Positions 16,520 through 18,985 of a stretch of DNA of 18,985 nucleotides are shown here, one piece after another (position 1 is the stretch's first letter; the number at the start of each line of letters is the position of its first letter). Made by a program: the position numbers and the translations under genes. Source of the stretch: a virus. Taxonomy: Duplodnaviria > Heunggongvirae > Uroviricota > Caudoviricetes. Below the pieces are notes generated by a model that was not told where the DNA came from, ran no database searches, and saw only the letters and a list, made by a program, of their open reading frames with translations. Location: IMG/VR virus record IMGVR_UViG_2734482774_000015. One strand, 5' to 3'.

Positions 16520-17567
16520 GCGCCGGGATTTACCCCCTAACCTTTATATAAGAAACAATGGATATTACTGCTACAGGGACCCAAGGACGGGTAAAGAGTT
16601 TGGATTAGGCAGAGACAGGCGAATCGCAATCACTGAAGCCATACAGGCCAACATTGAGTTATTTTCAGGACACAAACACAAGCCTCTGACAGCGAGAATC
16701 AACAGTGATAATTCCGTTACGTTACATTCATGGCTTGATCGCTACGAAAAAATCCTGGCCAGCAGAGGAATCAAGCAGAAGACACTCATAAATTACATGA
16801 GCAAAATTAAAGCAATAAGGAGGGGGCTGCCTGATGCTCCACTTGAAGACATCACCACAAAAGAAATTGCGGCAATGCTCAATGGATACATAGACGAGGG
16901 CAAGGCGGCGTCAGCCAACTTAATCAGATCAACACTGAGCGATGCATTCCGAGAGGCAATAGCTGAAGGCCATATAACAACAAACCCTGTCGCTGCCACT
17001 CGCGCAGCAAAATCAGAGGTAAGGAGATCAAGACTTACGGCTGACGAATACCTGAAAATTTATCAAGCAGCAGAATCATCACCATGTTGGCTCAGACTTG
17101 CAATGGAACTGGCTGTTGTTACCGGGCAACGAGTTGGTGATTTATGCGAAATGAAGTGGTCTGATATCGTAGATGGATATCTTTATGTCGAGCAAAGCAA
17201 AACAGGCGTAAAAATTGCCATCCCAACAACATTGCATGTTGATGCTCTCGGGATATCAATGAAGGAAACACTTGATAAATGCAAAGAGATTCTTGGCGGA
17301 GAAACCATAATTGCATCTACTCGTCGTGAACCGCTTTCATCCGGCACAGTATCAAGGTATTTTATGCGCGCACGAAAAGCATCAGGTCTTTCCTTCGAAG
17401 GGGATCCGCCTACCTTTCACGAGTTGCGCAGTTTGTCTGCAAGACTCTATGAGAAGCAGATAAGCGATAAGTTTGCTCAACATCTTCTCGGGCATAAGTC
17501 GGACACCATGGCATCACAGTATCGTGATGACAGAGGCAGGGAGTGGGACAAAATTGAAATCAAATAA
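16497..17567 (+). CDS. int: Tyrosine integrase Int (356 aa)
   Basis: Full-length, recognised as λ Int with only a few substitutions (MGRRRSHERRDLPPNLYIRNNGYYCYRDPRTGKEF...HELRSLSARLYEKQ...HLLGHKSDTMASQYRDDRGREWDKIEIK). Confidence 0.97.
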   Translation: MGRRRSHERRDLPPNLYIRNNGYYCYRDPRTGKEFGLGRDRRIAITEAIQANIELFSGHKHKPLTARINSDNSVTLHSWLDRYEKILASRGIKQKTLINYMSKIKAIRRGLPDAPLEDITTKEIAAMLNGYIDEGKAASANLIRSTLSDAFREAIAEGHITTNPVAATRAAKSEVRRSRLTADEYLKIYQAAESSPCWLRLAMELAVVTGQRVGDLCEMKWSDIVDGYLYVEQSKTGVKIAIPTTLHVDALGISMKETLDKCKEILGGETIIASTRREPLSSGTVSRYFMRARKASGLSFEGDPPTFHELRSLSARLYEKQISDKFAQHLLGHKSDTMASQYRDDRGREWDKIEIK

Positions 17568-17655
17568 TGATTTTATTTTGACTGATAGTGACCTGTTCGT
17601 TGCAACAAATTGATAAGCAATGCTTTTTTATAATGCCAACTTAGTATAAAAAAGC
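17568..17655. other. attL: attL: λ P' arm with arm-type Int sites, plus the 15-bp common core at 17641..17655
   Basis: TTAGTATAAAAAAGC is the reverse complement of the λ core GCTTTTTTATACTAA. The phage-side arm TAATGCCAACTTAGTATAAAAAAGC...TGATAGTGACCTG matches the λ P' arm. The sequence after the core (AGGCTTCA...) is host. Confidence 0.85.
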
Positions 17656-17701
17656 AGGCTTCAACGGATTCATTTTTCTATTTCATAGCCCGGAGCAACC
17701 T

Positions 17702-18985
17702 GTGAATACATTTTCAGTTTCCCGTCTGGCGCTGGCATTGGCTTTTGGCGTGACGCTGACCGCCTGTAGCTCAACCCCGCCCGATCAACGTCCTTCTGAT
17801 CAAACCGCGCCTGGTACCTCTTCTCGCCCGATTCTGTCGGCAAAAGAAGCGCAGAATTTCGATGCTCAACACTATTTTGCATCCCTGACACCAGGTGCTG
17901 CAGCGTGGAATCCTTCCCCGATTACCCTGCCTGCGCAACCTGACTTTGTTGTCGGCCCGGCGGGCACTCAAGGTGTAACGCATACCACGATTCAGGCGGC
18001 GGTAGATGCGGCAATTATCAAGCGTACCAACAAGCGCCAGTATATTGCCGTGATGCCTGGTGAGTATCAGGGAACGGTATATGTCCCTGCCGCTCCGGGT
18101 GGAATTACTCTGTACGGTACAGGTGAAAAACCGATTGATGTGAAGATTGGGCTTTCCCTTGATGGTGGCATGAGCCCTGCCGACTGGCGTCACGACGTCA
18201 ACCCGCGCGGCAAATATATGCCAGGTAAACCAGCGTGGTATATGTACGATAGCTGCCAGAGCAAACGCAGCGACAGTATCGGTGTTCTCTGCTCTGCGGT
18301 CTTCTGGTCACAAAACAATGGCCTGCAACTGCAAAATCTGACCATCGAAAACACGCTGGGCGATAGCGTAGATGCAGGTAACCATCCGGCGGTGGCACTG
18401 CGTACTGATGGTGACCAGGTACAGATTAACAACGTTAACATTCTCGGTCGTCAGAACACCTTCTTTGTCACCAACAGCGGTGTGCAGAACCGTCTGGAAA
18501 CGAATCGTCAGCCGCGTACGCTGGTGACCAACAGCTACATTGAAGGGGATGTGGATATCGTTTCTGGTCGCGGCGCAGTGGTGTTCGATAACACCGAATT
18601 CCGCGTGGTGAACTCACGTACTCAGCAAGAAGCGTATGTGTTTGCACCGGCTACGCTGTCCAACATTTACTACGGTTTCCTCGCCGTAAACAGCCGTTTC
18701 AATGCTTTCGGTGATGGTGTGGCGCAACTGGGCCGCTCGCTGGATGTTGATGCCAATACCAACGGTCAGGTGGTGATCCGTGATAGCGCCATCAACGAAG
18801 GTTTTAACACGGCTAAACCGTGGGCCGATGCGGTGATCTCTAATCGTCCGTTTGCGGGTAATACCGGCAGCGTAGATGATAACGACGAAATACAGCGCAA
18901 TCTGAATGACACTAACTACAACCGCATGTGGGAATACAATAACCGCGGCGTGGGCAGCAAAGTGGTTGCAGAGGCGAAGAAGTAA
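17702..18985 (+). CDS. ybhC: Host outer-membrane lipoprotein YbhC, pectinesterase-like acyl-CoA thioesterase family (427 aa), GTG start
   Basis: Lipoprotein signal with lipobox LTAC and pectinesterase-like repeats. Recognised as E. coli YbhC, the gene flanking attλ on the gal side. Confidence 0.9.
   Translation: MNTFSVSRLALALAFGVTLTACSSTPPDQRPSDQTAPGTSSRPILSAKEAQNFDAQHYFASLTPGAAAWNPSPITLPAQPDFVVGPAGTQGVTHTTIQAAVDAAIIKRTNKRQYIAVMPGEYQGTVYVPAAPGGITLYGTGEKPIDVKIGLSLDGGMSPADWRHDVNPRGKYMPGKPAWYMYDSCQSKRSDSIGVLCSAVFWSQNNGLQLQNLTIENTLGDSVDAGNHPAVALRTDGDQVQINNVNILGRQNTFFVTNSGVQNRLETNRQPRTLVTNSYIEGDVDIVSGRGAVVFDNTEFRVVNSRTQQEAYVFAPATLSNIYYGFLAVNSRFNAFGDGVAQLGRSLDVDANTNGQVVIRDSAINEGFNTAKPWADAVISNRPFAGNTGSVDDNDEIQRNLNDTNYNRMWEYNNRGVGSKVVAEAKK

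Larger units (their letters stand above)
1..17655. mobile_element. Defective mosaic lambdoid prophage (λ-like int/xis/P/ren, DLP12-like nin/Q/lysis, Rac-like trkG cargo). It extends beyond the window start; the int-side boundary is the attL core.
   Basis: Contiguous phage gene order from stf to int, ending at a λ att core abutting host ybhC. N, the recombination genes and head/tail genes are missing, so the element is predicted to be defective. Confidence 0.9.

Noticed and set aside
17670-18441. Minus-strand ORFs 17670..17891, 17771..18193, 18190..18441 and 18198..18398
   Set aside because: Antisense to ybhC; Arg-rich shadow frames typical of GC-rich coding sequence.

Overview
This window is the int-proximal end of a defective, mosaic lambdoid prophage integrated at the E. 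coli attλ site. The + strand runs opposite to the conventional λ map. Reading left to right: side-tail-fibre N-terminus (stf, partial) | deletion scar through tail genes I/K | post-lysis cargo (ParB-like nuclease protein, trkG K+ transporter) | lysis cassette (Rz/Rz1, SAR endolysin, S21-type pinholin) | nmpC-like porin convergent with the Q antiterminator | nin region (ylcG, rusA, ybcO, ninE, ybcN) | truncated serine-recombinase remnant and emrE | ren, P, O-like initiator with internal ori iterons | YdaT-like, cro-like, oR, LexA-like cI | two uncharacterised co-oriented genes in the exact slot λ uses for rexA-rexB | terminator, oL/pL-like promoter | ea8.5, orf-55, xis, int | attL core | host ybhC. 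All protein identifications are from reading the translations and recalling λ, DLP12 and Rac sequences; no database search was run. The N antiterminator, the Red/gam/kil/cIII module, and all head and most tail genes are absent. The most interesting element is the two-gene cassette downstream of cI (13521..15094): a 249-aa protein with HipA-like kinase catalytic motifs and a 275-aa protein with a DUF3037-like N-terminus, positioned to be expressed in the lysogen. I propose it as a candidate prophage-encoded defence or abortive-infection module. A second candidate accessory module is the ParB-like nuclease gene translationally coupled to a glycosyltransferase-like/gpK fusion (651..2211).
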